A stretch of DNA of 64,000 nucleotides from Psammoneis japonica (lineage: Eukaryota): contig QPGO01000056.1 in NCBI GenBank assembly GCA_008632985.1, forward strand, positions 1 through 64,000, given 5' to 3'. Each line of letters starts with the position of its first letter. The stretch's first letter is position 1. The notes beneath the pieces are model-generated. The model was not told the DNA's origin. It ran no database searches and saw only the letters and a list, made by a program, of their open reading frames with translations. Positions 1 to 13,420 of this stretch are shown here, one piece after another. The position numbers and the translations under genes were made by a program.

Positions 1-529
1 TGGAGTTAGAACCTTTGGATCGAATGGCTTGATTTCGGGGAGACCCATCTTTCCGGCACCGGTAAAAGTTGGCCATGTGTCAGTGTCTTGTGCCGTCACA
101 GAAATCTCGTCTGCATCAAGATCATCCGCAACGATCAATGCAATGTTGGGTTGCTGTTGGGCCAATGTCGCATGCAATACGAATAGAAAAATAATGGCCA
201 AATTCAAGAGGATCATCCCTCGCCTTTCTGTCATGTCAATCGAGTGGCTTTTGCAGTGAATGTAATAAGAGTCCCAAGCCCAACAGTCAACGTGTTGCCT
301 TACTATTGGAAATGTGTTGCAGGGAGACCGTATGTATGACACTTTTGGTTACTCGCCGAAAATAATGAACAGGTTCATCACGGTTGATCGTAAAACGTTG
401 AAAACATTGAAAAAATGCCTTCTGTAAGAAAAGTGGTTGCCGGTCACGGTCATTTTCATTGGACATTGTTGGGGCACAACACAATCGATGGGACGATTGC
501 CCTTTGTCGCTCTCGACTCTGCTTTCCTA

Positions 530-3500
530 TAAAAGGTGAGCCTGACGCGCTCTTGGAAAAAGACGAGCGCCATTGTACAACGGGGCCGGCTTGAGTGCCG
601 GCAGCTCCGAGCAACTGCCCAGAGAGTCAGAGACAAGGTGAACAAGGCCGTCCGGCAAACAACTCCAGGTGAAGATGAGACCTGGCAGCTCCGAGAGACA
701 GCACAAGAAGTTGTGTGCCTGTGCCAGCCCATTGGCGTTGGACAATTCCCGGTGCTTCTGCACATTGTGAGTTCGCAACAATTGAGTCAAGAGATGGAGC
801 GGAGCACACACAAGGCAGTCATTCCAGAGCTGAGGACCACTGCGAAGGTCCAGCCCAGCAGCCGTGTGAAATGTGAGAGGAGCAGCTCCGCATCGGTCAT
901 GGACATGCCAGCTCAGGGAATCTGCATGGAGCCAAGGAGGTCCAGAAGGGTGAGGAGCAGGGCAAATGCTGCAAAGGTTGCACCCAGCTTTGCGTTCATG
1001 GGGACCGAAGCGGTCCTTCATGCCAGGCGCAAAAAGGCTCTGAATGAAAGAGCGGTGTGCTGAAGGATGCACCCACAGAGCTGGCCATCATGAGGCACTC
1101 TTGGGCAATGATCCTTGAAAGGTGGGCAAGCTGTGACAGCGGCTGATTGGCCAAAGACAGAGCCCCTGAATGCTGGGTTGACGTGCACCGGAAATGGCTT
1201 GCATGCATCCGGGACAACTGCAGCCGCCGCGCCAGTGGAGCGGCCCTGGGGAATGAGTGGTTCCAGAGAGCAAGCAAGCAGGCCAGTGCACCACAGCCTT
1301 TGGTGCCCAGTGGCACTGGCTGCCTGCTGCCCTGGGGAGAAAGACCAGTCCTTTGTGAATGGCGCAGAGGGGGCAGGCGCGACGACAAACTGGTGGACTG
1401 GCTGTTGCACTACAATGGATCAGGGTGCAGCAAAGATGGGAGCTGTGGTGTGAGGTCGCTGCAAGAGGCCCACAACTAGCATGTCTGCAAATGGCGCTTG
1501 GTTGGTGGCCTGCGGGACATTCATTGTGCATCGCAGCGGCTGATGCTTGAGCCTTTGGGGGCTGGACCCAGGTGGCGGGTTGTGCATGCATTGGGATGCT
1601 TTGCGAGGCAAGTGCTCTGTTGTCCGAGCATTGTCATGGCATGCTGAGGGTTTTTGACTTGCCAGTGAGATTGCGTGTGGCCAGATGCGGCATGCTTGGC
1701 AGAGGTTGGATGTCATGAGGTGGTGGCTGACACCTGGGCTGCTGACAGTGGAACGGATCCAGCGGGGACAGGTGCAAAGCTGCTGCAAATGCTCGCTGCT
1801 GTGATGCCAACAAGTGGGCAGCAGCCTGAAACCATGTGAATTGACTCATGATGCCATCCCTGTCACTGTCATGGCCTCACCACAACTCGCAATGTTGCTG
1901 GGTGCAGAAGTTCCTGCTGTTTGAGCTTGCATCTCTTGCACTGTGATGAGCTGGCAAGGTGGGGCCAGTCTCTCCAGGCTTGCTGGCTTTGGAGAACAGT
2001 GAAGCAGGAGCGAGTTAACTGATTTGGTGGTGAAAGGGTTGAGACTGAAGCATCTGGAAGCCCAAAGCTTCCAAGTGGCCAGGGGGTGGTGGTGCCACAG
2101 GTCAAAGCAGAACTTGACATGCCTGGGACCCAAGCAGCATGCTGCAGGGGATGGACACCATGGAAGGCCTTGGACTCACAATCCAGGCAGGTGGAACATC
2201 AGTTGTTGTTGCTTTGCTGAGGATCCTGTTGCAACAAAGCTGAGAGGCCAGGTGCGGTCCAACATGACCAAGTCCAACAAGGCTGGAACAGAGGAGGCAG
2301 AGTCTGGAGAGTTGGAGCTTCCAAGTGATGCGGCAAATTGCAGTCAGGAATGAGATTGATGACAAAGTCAGAGGGATGGGCAACAACCGCAGCAAACCAT
2401 TCATGCAGCAGGTGATGAGAGGCCCGCACTTCATGGGAGGCAATGGCATTGGTGCTCATTTTGGAAAGGCTTGCCATGAACTGATCAAACATGACATCAG
2501 GCACCCAGATCTGTCCCACAGGGAGATCAAAACCTTTGCAGCTTGCTGGTCTTCAGACAGAGACACTGGGGTGGGAAGAGTCACCACTGTGCATTGAGCC
2601 AAGGCAGAGCAACTGCCCAACAAGGCACCCGCTGGTGCAAGGCAATGATGTCCATCAAGTTGGTGGGAGAGGTGATGGAGGGGACTGCAAGCCAGGACAT
2701 CATGCACAGCCCATTGAATGACCAAGCTGCTGATGAGAGGCCTGACAGCAGTTGATGGGTTCAGGGGACCATTTGGGTTTCTTTGAATTGTGCATGAAAC
2801 TCATTGCCATGGGACAAAACAGGTTTGGTGGTGTGGGAATGTGATTGGCTGAGGCTCAATGCAGGAGCCACTGACTGGGCCTCCGGTGGAGCCACTGCTG
2901 TTCCCTGCATGGCAGTGCTGAGACACGCAGTGATCATGATGACTGGATTGGAGCATGTGCAGGGGTTGCTGTTGTTCTGAGGTGGCTGGCAGACACAAGC
3001 CAACATGAGGGCCCTGTCAGAGACTTGAGCAGCTTGTGCTGCTTGACAGTTCTCCAGAGCATGGAGGCTCATGCCATCATCAGCTGGCAGAGCCCCAACT
3101 GGGAGGGCCATGGTGGTGGTGGCTAGACTGTCGGTGGCGGCCAAGAGGCCAGCAGCATGGCACTGTCATCAGAAAATGTGTCGGCGTGCAAGCCGCCGCA
3201 CTGCTTCAAGAGCCGGATGGACCATGCCGGGACAGGAAACTGTTGGGAAGGCCAGAACTGCTCACTCCAGAAGGAAGGAGCTTCTGCTGACAAAGTTGGC
3301 AACCAGCAACCTGCATCTGTGCTTTGCCAAGATGATGGCAGGAATGGGACAAAAGATGCTGAAGTGCTTGTTGAGGCAGCTGAGGAGCCACCATTGACAC
3401 CACGAGTTGTGAGAGGCATGGCACCAAGGAGCATGATGTGACAAAGACAAGTGCAAGATGCTGCAAGCAAAACTTGCTCTTGAACTCATCAACATGGCAG

Positions 3501-6500
3501 TGCAACTTTGGCAAAAGAAAGGAATGAGAGCTTGCTGCAGCTCGTGTGGTGCTCACAGGCTTGTGCACTGCTTCTGCATTGGTCATCTCCGATGCAGAAG
3601 CAGATTGCAAAAAGACAACCCCCCACTCAAACAGGGGGGGAGCACAGACCACCATCTCTCATTGGTGTCCAATCTGCACCAAACAATTTCAGACTGCAGT
3701 GTCGTGCACCCCTTTTTCTGACACATGGCAAGAAGGATTTTGTTGGTTTGAGAGCTGTTGCAACACAGGCTTTACTGATTGCAACCTTGTCACATCTGTC
3801 TCTCCCCACAACTTTGTTGTCAATGAAGTCTTCATCTCGTTTGACCTTTCAATGAAGCCACAGTCAACCAAAGAACAGGGTGGGGGCTGTGGCATGCTGC
3901 TCCAAGAACAAGCCCCAGCCAAGCCAAGTGCAAGAAAAGAGAGCTGCAAGCAAGAGCTGCAGTTTGGGCTGTTGAACATCAAAAACAAGTGAGACAAGAA
4001 TGCAAATGTTGTCAACAGGATTTGTGGCAAGCCAAGCACAACAGCTGGAGAACAAGCCAAAGTCCATGGGAAAAACTGTTGCACAGCTGGACTCTGTCTT
4101 TTAAGAGCCTTGTGTGAGCTGTGAGGCCAAATTTGAGCACTCTGATCTTGAAAGTGTGAAACTGACTCAATTGTGTGATGATGGCTCTGATCTTGAAAGT
4201 GTGAAACTGACTCAGCTTGCACTGAGAAGTGCTGTTGTTTTGATGGCGAATTCATTGCACCAAAGCACCATTGCTTGTTGAAGATTCAAGATTGTTTTTA
4301 CAAGATTGCCATGAAATTGGGGCAAAAAGCACAAAATCTAAAAATTCTTCATCTGACAGAAAAGAAGTGCTGTGTCATGTCTGCAGATCAAGGTGAGTGG
4401 TTGAAGGACAAAAGCAACTGGTGCTCAATCATTTGACATTGATGACCTTGAAATGAAAAGACTCAACTGGCACGGAGTCAATGGTGTCCCAACCAGAAAA
4501 TGACTGGGGCAACTCAAAATTCGGCATTTTTGTCTGTGTGAGTGAAGTGAGTTGTGTCAAGTTCTGTGGCCTTCAAAAGTTGTTGGATGCTGCAGTGCCA
4601 AGTGCCAACATTTTGCATGTGCACAAAGATTGCAAACTTGGTTGTTTTGAAAGTTGTCAACCCCAAACCCACCCCAACTCACCACAGCACCGGTGTCATC
4701 TCACCCATCTGTCTGTTGCCCAGTTGGGGCAGGCAGAGGGGAGACACACAGACAGATTCAAAGCACTGCAATGTGCTGGGTGCAACTGTCTGAGACATGC
4801 AGAATGGAGACCCAGACAATAAAAAATGGGTGACAGGGGAGACACAGATGGATTTGATGCATTGCAACATAAATGCAAGTGCCAGAGACATGCAGATTGG
4901 AGACCTGGACAGTCAAAAAATGGGTGACAGCCTGCATGTGCACAAAAACTCACAAGACTCTGATTCAAAAATTTACCATTTGTGCAGCAGCGTGCATTGC
5001 ATCACTTCAACAACACACAGTTGCACCCCTCTTGTCCCAGCAGTCTGCGCTGTTGATGCACAACATGTCAGAACCCCCCGCCACATCTGCCACTGGCATG
5101 TGAGGCTGCTGATCACTGCTGACAGCACACCACCAGTTTTTCAGAAAGATGGAATGTTGTTTGATGACTCACGTGCCATTTGTGGCACTGAGCTGTGGTG
5201 CATGGCAAAGAGATGCTGTGCTTGCATGTTGCTGTCAAGGGAATGAACCTGTTCAACAAGAATGGTGATTTGTGTTGGGTGCTGCTGTTGCAGCTGGCAT
5301 TGACAACTGTGGCGCCAACCCAGGACGAAAATCACATGCTGGCCACCCCAGCTGAAATTTGGGGTCACATTGGAGAAAAAGGGCTAGGTGCAGAGCCAAT
5401 GTTTGATCAAAAAAGCAGCCAAAAAATGTGGTTGCCTCTGCACCTTGTTCTGATCAGTGTGGCATGTTGGTTGCTCTGTCATGTGCAAAATGATTTTTTC
5501 AAAAGAAAAATAAAAACAACTCTTGTCATGTCAAACTTCAGGAGAAGAAACTCATTGTTGCATGAGGTCTTGTGCTTGATGTGACAGTTTGTGCACGCTG
5601 GTGGCTGGGCAGATGTGGGTGATGTGGTTGGACTGACAGGTGCAACATCTGAATCTTCCATTTGTTCTTTTGTGCTGAATTTTGCTGTCATGCTGCATTT
5701 GCACTTGGGTGCCAACCATTTCCATCTGGTCATTCTTCATGCCAGATCCATCCAAGCTCTTGCCATCCAGGCCACTGAGCAAGCATGAGCATGGCACCAA
5801 GATGAGCTCAAGCAAAGATGCAGAGCAAGCAACAAGCGTGTGATGTGTGGCTTTCTTTTGGATTTTCCAGGCCAGCTTTGTGTGCAAGCCTGCAGCGCAA
5901 ATGCACAACATTGACAGCTGCTCTTTTTTGCTGATGGCAAAGGAGTTGTTTCAATCTTGTTGTCATGAACAACCTTGTCACCTTCTTTGCAGCCACTTGA
6001 AGTCATGGGTCTTTTGATGTTTTGGATCATTTCTTGATTTTTGTGCGCAAGCACCCCACCACCCTTTTCTTGTTGTCCTGATCTCCAATGTGCAGACAGC
6101 GTGGAAAAAATGCAGTTGTGCACCACAGCAAACATGCAAACACACCTGGGATGATTGCAGCACAGGCAGGTCATTCCAACACGCATGGATTGTGAGATGT
6201 GGTAATGTGGATGAGTTGAGCGCTGAGCAGACAACAACCGGCAATGAAGTCGACAAAGGAGGAGATGTGGAGATTGAGCCAACAGACTCAACTTGCACAT
6301 GACAGCAACAACTGACACACAGAGAGTGGCATGTTTGTTTCTACCAAAAACAGACCCCAGATTGAAGCTCTGCAGCCAATGTTGCAACAGGGGCAATGGG
6401 CATGTCAGCATGCGGCATCACATTGATTGCAAAGCACCAACAGCAGCTTCTTTTTCACACAATGAATCAAACATGCCTTCAAGCCATCCACAAGCCAAGA

Positions 6501-6750
6501 AGAACAAAATTGAGACCAATGTTCTTGAGACCTGCCTCATTGTGGTGACAAGCAGCCTCAAGAACTCCAATGGCATCAACACTGACATCACGTCAAAAAA
6601 TGTCTTTGCAGAGAACCTTTGGCAAATCAAGTTGAAAGCTTTCACTCACAATGAGAAGATTGACACCAACATCCAAAGAGACGTTTTGCATTGTGTCTGT
6701 GTGCAAGTGCTCAAGAACCTTGAGAAAGACAGGATGCGACACATCTTTTA
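530..6750. other. CpG/TpA-depleted, TpG/CpA-rich degenerate repeat domain A
   Basis: TA and CG are very rare while TG/CA dominate. All six frames give Cys/His/Gln/Trp/Met-rich, nearly Tyr-free spurious ORFs. Contains short internal direct repeats (4140-4169/4185-4214; ~4735-4930). Boundaries approximate. Confidence 0.85.
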
Positions 6751-7122
6751 GCTCCTCAATCGGAGTTCGGCCGCGAGCCGCCACTTCAGAAGCCATCCCA
6801 TCTCCGGTGACAGCATTCATTCCTCCGATCACCGACTCGAAAGTGTTCACTCAGCACCACCAAAATGACAGGATTCATTCGCACACACCTCTTTTTTCCG
6901 CCCACCACTGTGAGTTTAGAATGGCCGGCTTAAGCTCCGGGTGGAGCTATCAGCTTCACTTTGGAAGTAACACAACGGACAACTCCATTTTGATTGCAGA
7001 GAGCAGGAGAATGGGGGCATGGGAAGTGACTGAGTTTCTGGCTTCATCGCCTTGAGCTAGCTAGAGAGAATTATCTGCAAAGCAAAATCTTGGCCGTGGT
7101 CGGCATCAGCATGTGTGACTAT

Positions 7123-8396
7123 TTAGTCCCGAATAGAAGACGCCTCTGGGATTAATCCGTAATGTCGAAAGATTGCCGGATTGAGTGGTAGCTTTCCTCT
7201 GAGTTGAATTGAAATTCGAGGTTCATTGTCACGATAAAATACATGCGAGCACACCTCGGAAATCAAATGCAGATTGTACGCGGCTGACGTATCTCTTGCC
7301 ATTGCTCTTGAATAACAGTTGTGGATATTATTCAACATGCGCCTTAGCACACCTGTATGATCTAGTGGCTGCAAGAACTCATCTTGCCACTCGATCCCAA
7401 AGGATGCGACAATGTCGCGACACTCGTTGTCAGACAAGATTCGCCCGCCGTTAAACACGTCCACATAAGCTTCACCAGATGCAACACCAAGGACTACATG
7501 TCCTGGAAGGCCAATGATATCCACCTCAAACCCACACTTATCGAGAATAATCTTGTATAGCACTGCCAATGTCAATGGAATCCCCTTCCTTGAGCTCATG
7601 ACGTGACCAATTGAGGAGTTTCTCGCATCATAGTAGTTCTCCACATTTCCGGCAAATCCCATCTCGTCTACCAGAATCTTCTTGAGAATAAGAACCGCCT
7701 GCAATGTTTCATTGCCATGATCAGTACCGTTTAGTTGATCCTCGAATTTGCATCTGAGTTTCGCCAGATCTTGTCGAATCAATCCTCTCTGGCTTGCCGG
7801 TCGTCGAAAAGAAGCTCATCCCACGTCCATAAGCTTTCTGTCAGCAGTGAAGCTCCTTTCTCCAAAACATTCTCATCTTCTTCGACTTGACGTTGCATGA
7901 GCATGCTCAATGATTTCATCGCGGAATGGAAGTGCGATACATGCAAAAGATGAGTTGCCATACACCGAAGGAGAGGAGTGACATTACGTTGTTGTACAAT
8001 TTCAGAATTGATTCATTGTTTGTAGCGACTGCACGAAAATATCAACAGAGTCATCCACGAGGGTGTCTAGGTCCACTCCAATTCGATTGTTGAATAGCCG
8101 GTCGAGCCCATAGTCTTGTACCTGGCTAATCGCATCGGCTAGACTTATCAAACGACACCGCAACGTTGTTGCATCCGCGCAGTGACGTGTGCGGTAGTCG
8201 TGACGAGAAAAGGTAGGCGATTCATCTCTGCTTACCGACCAACGCTTCTTGTAGAGACGATCCCATACACAAACGTTGTTGTTGACAAGCTTGGGAGTCG
8301 ACAAGACGTTGCAGCGATTCGGCAGAGAGCACGGGGCGACGGAACAAACGAAATCACGTGCACGAATAATTCTGCGGGAAGTTCCTCCATTGACAT
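7123..8396 (-). CDS. F-box protein with C-terminal SirB1/transglutaminase-like domain (FBXO21-like); frameshifted in this assembly
   Basis: ATG at 8396 gives MSMEELPAELFVHVISFVPSPRALCRIAATSCRL (F-box). This continues after frameshifts through ...VWDRLYKKRW (8002..8442) and 7779..7961 into 7123..7782, which carries GFAGNVENYYDARNSSIGHVMSSRKGIPLTLAVLY...GLPGHVVL...YVDVFNGG...LRRMLNNI, typical of SirB1/Transglut_core2. Confidence 0.75.
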
Positions 8397-9749
8397 GGCC
8401 TTTTGGCTTTTTAGAAAAGTTAGAAACTAACGGTATGCTCAATTCTCAATCAACACACTCAAGTAGGGCAGTAATACGAAATAACGCCGCGATAAGTATG
8501 AACAAAAGTTCGTTGTGTTTGCAAGTCGTCGTGTTGTTCTCGTTGTTTGCATTGTGACCGCGAAACGGAGGAAACACAGACCGTGCAACTCAAAAACCCT
8601 CTGGTCTCTGGTGGAGATCAGAAGTGTGGGAAAAGAGGAGCTGCAGTGATGACACCAGCAGCAGACTCTTGACAGGCTCTTTCCCCGACCTTGCAACAGG
8701 CTGCAACTCTGAAGGAACTCCCATCAGGAGTTGAACATCATGTTGTCAGTGTGGAGCACACTGGCTGGGGCACACAGAGTGCTGGCTGCCTGAGCTTGCT
8801 GGTTGGTGGCCTGAATCTTTCCTGCCGCTGCCTGTTTGTGTCAACTCCTGGCTTTCTTGGATGCTGCATGTGGTGATGGTCTTGGCAGTTGAAGGTGTGG
8901 GGACCACTGGCTGTCACTTGCTTTGTGGTGGGCAAGCGGGTGCTGTGCGGGGTTTCAGCAGAGCTCTGCAAGAGGTGGATCTGTGGCTGCAACAAACTCC
9001 AGGATGGAACTGGCTTCTTTTTGTGCAGCTGGTGCTGCAACATGGACAATGAGTCTAGGATTAAGATTGTTGAAAACTGCACCCCCCCCCACCCAGCCAT
9101 CTTGTCACACTGTTGCTTTACATTTTGTGACTTGAGGCTGGAAGGAAACCAGGCATGTTTTTTCACAAGACACATTCCCAGCATTGTTGACCCCTGGCAA
9201 CAACCCAACCAAGGCTCTGGGGTTGATGCTCAATGCAGGGCATGCAGAACAAATGAGGGGATGCTTTGAAGAGCCAGAGCAGCAGCTCTGATAATGAGAA
9301 AGCCACCCAGCAAGCATGGGAGAAGCAGAGAAGGGCAGTGCTTCAAGCGTGGCAAACAAAGAATGTTGCCAAGCCATGGGGTTCCACAAAGGGCAGTGTG
9401 GGGACCAACAAGCAGAAAAAAGGACCAAAGAAGAAAGCATGCAAAATGGTGGGAAGAAGAAGCTCTTGAACAACAGAAGCTCCTCTGACAGCTCCATGCA
9501 GAGAAGGATGTGCGTGCAGGCATTGACATGGACCCACTGGTTCAAGAAGCCATGCACAGGAGGGATCAGTGATGATCCTCTTCACAGCCTTTGTTGGCAG
9601 CAAGTTGTTTCAAGCAAGGAATGGTCTGCAGACTGCATTGCTTGGATTTCAAACTTTGTTCTTACACCAATGTGAGCTGTGCCTGTGAAATGCTGACTGG
9701 CATTGATTCCTGACACTGTCCAGAACCATCTCTCCAAAGCACAATGCCT

Positions 9750-11390
9750 TTTGGGGGGCTCTAAGGACTTTGCGGGGTGCCACCATCATTGGCCTCAACA
9801 CATTGAACAGAGCCATTGATGACAAGTTCATTGTCAATCTGGACAACTTGGTGTTTTGTTGCACCATGACACCTGTTTCATTTGTTTCTTTCTCACGTGC
9901 ATCATGACCTTTCTGGGTGCCGATGTCTGTGAGCTCAAAAGTGGAGCGTCATTCCCACAGAGATTGGCCAGTGTGGAGCAGTGGGAGCCACCCATGTTTC
10001 ATCCTTCTTGCAAGAACTTGATGCATGCAGAGGCCAAGTGATGCAAAAATGGATTGCCACATGCCAAAGCTCCTGCTTTTTGCCATAAAAAAGAGCAACA
10101 CTTCTTGGATTCATCATGTCCACATTGTCGCACATCTGAGATCCACATGCTTCAGCTTGAGACAGGAAACAAAACTAAGATGTTTCAGCACCTTGGTTGG
10201 GGCCCAGTCAGATGCATTGCACCCAGTGAGATTGGCGAACTCAACTCATTGAAGATTGGAAAAGTTGCAGAAGACAATGAGGGGACAAGCAGGTTGACAC
10301 CAGCACATTTTTCTTTTTCTGACCAGCTGACCATTGGCACTCCAATTTCAAACCATTTTGTGCTGAGACTTGGACAAACTGGACCATCAGCAAATGTTTC
10401 ATGAGTCAAATCCTCAGGGGTGTTGTCAAACTTGAATGTCCCTGCCAAGCAAGTTTCCACCCATTCACATGAAAAGTTGAGTTTTGACAAATGTTCTTGA
10501 GGCAGGCAAATCAGGAATGAAAGCAAGATTGAAAATGTTCTTCTTGCAGTCTGCACTTTCATTCTCATCCCACCAGGCTGTGTTGCCATCATTGGGCAAG
10601 AACCAGTCGGGAGCACAGCACTCGAATTCTTCCCAGCTGTTCACTTGTCCCCACAATGGGTGCAGCCACAACAACTGGAGACACCACTGCAACCTCCCAA
10701 GCCACCATGCAATTTGGGTGCTTTGAGCAACTGACAGCATGGCAAAAGATCATCACAGTTCATGGCAAACCTGCTTGAGCTGCCGCTGATTGTGGGCTGG
10801 GCACATTTGTGCTCTTGGAAGAGCAGAGCAGTGCCTGGCGGGGCAGCTTTGTTGCCATTTCAACAACTGCAAATCTCCATTCCTTTGACATGTTGTTGGT
10901 TTGGACAAAATTGTTGTCCTCTTGGATTTGAGCATCATGGGAGAGTCAATGGCCACAGGTTTTGCAATGCAAATGAGGCATGAGTGTTTTGGAAAAGTTG
11001 TTGATTGGTTTGTGCAATTGGGGGGTTTGTGCAAAATTACATCCAACATGATCTGTTTTGTTTGTCAGAAAACAAACATTCTTTCTGTGGGTTCTGTTGC
11101 ATCTTGTCCCAAAATTGCAGGTTTTGCAATGCAGATGAGGCATGAGTGTTTTGACAAAGCTTTTGCATGCTTTGTGCAACTTGGAGATCAATGATGACAG
11201 TCAACAGGATGTGCTTCATTTGGCGTTTGTGTTGTCCTGACTTTCTAGGTCAGAAAACAAACCCTCTTTCTGGGTTCAGTCGTGTGTCTCATCCTGAAAA
11301 TTGCCCAGGCAAGGATTCCAAAATTGCACATAATGCCACTCCAATGCTGGCTGGCAGAAGTCAAAATGTCATGGTCTCTTGTGCTTGAGG
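9750..11390 (-). pseudogene. Hypermutated duplicate of the Yippee-like/LRR-like gene at 17051-18313, including its upstream region
   Basis: Colinear with ~17050-18570, e.g. 10401 atgagtcaaatcctcaggggtgttgtcaaacttgaatgtc vs 17756 atgaatcaaatcctcaggggtgttatcaaactcgaatgtc. The 5' segment gaggcatgagtgtttt is duplicated (~10975 and ~11137). Confidence 0.9.
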
Positions 11391-12363
11391 GTGCTCATCC
11401 TCCAGAAATGCCATGGCATTTGAACAAGACAGTTTGAAGTGTTTGTTTTTGAATGCAAAATTGGTTCATGTTCACACCCGATTGCACATGAAAACAAGAA
11501 CATCAGTCACCATGATCAAAGCATGATGGTGCTGATGGCAGCAATCTTGACATTTCTCCAAAATGCAGTGGCCATCCATCCTCAAACATTTGATGTGCAT
11601 GTGACCTTTGATGCTTGACAAACACAATGATCAAATGAGAGCTTGAAGATGGACTGCCTCCATCACAGACTTGTGGCTTGATGTTTTCACCATGGCAAAG
11701 CACAGTGAAATTCAAGAAATGTGATGCAAATCACAAGCTTTTCATTTGGCCAAATTTGAGCTAAAAAAGTGGCAAATGATCCCCCGTGACATTGCTGTGA
11801 TTTCTAAAAAAAATTGATGATGTTTGCAGTGACCCAAAGGATGCCTCCTCTTGCAAAGCATGAAGATGTTGCAACAAAACAAGAGTCATGGCCTGCATTG
11901 AGCATTGACAATGAGCATTGACAATGCACCACATGAGCACTGATGATGAGGGGGGACCTTGGCATCAGCGAGTCTTGACTTGTGTGGGGCCGCTCCCCAA
12001 CCAGGGCTGCCATGGTTCTCTTGCTTGGCTTGAAGTCAACCTTGCTCTCTTCTTGATCCTCTTCTTTGTTGCCACCACTGACCACACCCAGCACTTCTTC
12101 AGCTGAGAGAGGGTCATCAAAACATTTCTTTGGGGTCAACTTGAGCTTCTGCACAGAGTGCTTTGAACTCATGCTGTGCTCCAGGGCACCACTCTGGAGC
12201 ATGGCTGCATTGGTTGTTCCTCCAGTCAATGGGGCAGTTCAATGAAGCTTTTTTTGCCTCCAGCACAAGATGAGACACTCACTTTCAGCCAGTCTCACAT
12301 CTTGCTTGTTCCCCTTCCATTGGTGGTTTGGCACCCTTTTGTGTCTTTGCCAGCACTGTGGGC

Positions 12364-13420
12364 TCAGCAGACTGCACCCTCTCCCCGGGCATGCAGCAGG
12401 AGCTCAGGAGACAAGAAATTTGTGAATTTCCTCTTTGTCATTGTTCCGCCTCTGCGGTGGTGTGTGAATTTTGATGCCTTTTGTTCTTGATCCTGTGAGC
12501 CCCACCTTTGCAGTCCTGTTGCTGTCTCTTGGTTTCTTGCTGGTGAAATCTTTGGCCACTCTTGAGATGTGCAGCCTGAGCAATGGTTGTCCACTTCACT
12601 TGATGTTGAGTCTGTGTTGAGTGCAATTTTGTTGGATTCAGTGGAAGCACTCTGCACCATGCATTCAGAATTGGATGTCTGTGGTGCAACCTGGACTGAA
12701 GGAGAAAGTTTGAAAGAGGCTGAGTGACTGGTGCATTGCTTCACATGCGCCACATCACCCAGCCATTTCCAACGTGCATCCTCTTTGGAGGATGCCACTT
12801 CTGGCTGATTGTGTGAGCTTCTGCTGCACTCCTTGTTGAGTGTGCTGGAAGTGTGGGCTGGCCGGCACCGGCCGGTGTTGCTGGGCAAAGGTGTGACAGC
12901 ACTTAAAATCAGGTTTGGGATTTTTTTGTGTTGAGAGCAATTTTGGTTTTGTGTGAGAGAGTGTGGCTTGATTGGCTGCCATGGCCATTGCCATCACTCT
13001 TGCCAGACTCCAAGGTTGCTGTTTCTCTTTCACAAGCCTGAGCACCTTGCATGGTTTTTGTTCAGTTCTTCTGTTTTAAAGTTGGTTGGACATTGTTTGC
13101 CATTCCCACTGAGGCCATTGAGCACTGTGCACTGCCTCCAGTTGTTGTCTGACATGTCTTGCTTGTTGCTTGAAGACAGCCCCAATGCATTGCACAGCTT
13201 TCCATCTTGTCTGCTTTGGGACATGCAATGGATTTCCATGTGGGGGGTCATTGCATGCACGTGGAATGCAGCAAGGCAGATGAACAGGACCACGTGAGCA
13301 TTGCAAATCATGATTTCACTGAATGCATTTGCTGTTTCACAGCAGAGGAGCAAGCAGATCACTGGGGTTGTTGCAATGATGTCATGCATCATGCTGTGTG
13401 CCACACAAATTGCAGTGCAC
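12364..13420 (-). mobile_element. Possible degenerate Copia-type LTR retrotransposon gag/protease remnant
   Basis: LNTDSTSSEVDNHCSGCTS (~12565-12620) resembles the (F)DTDSxxIGIDNRCSxCIS protease motif I recall from diatom Copia elements. The rest is too decayed to assign. Confidence 0.35.

Noticed and set aside
527..6751. Dozens of 60-220 aa ORFs in domain A (and similar ones in B, D, E)
   Set aside because: Explained by loss of TAA/TAG. They are C/H/Q/W-rich, nearly Tyr-free, overlap in all frames and show no recognisable domains.
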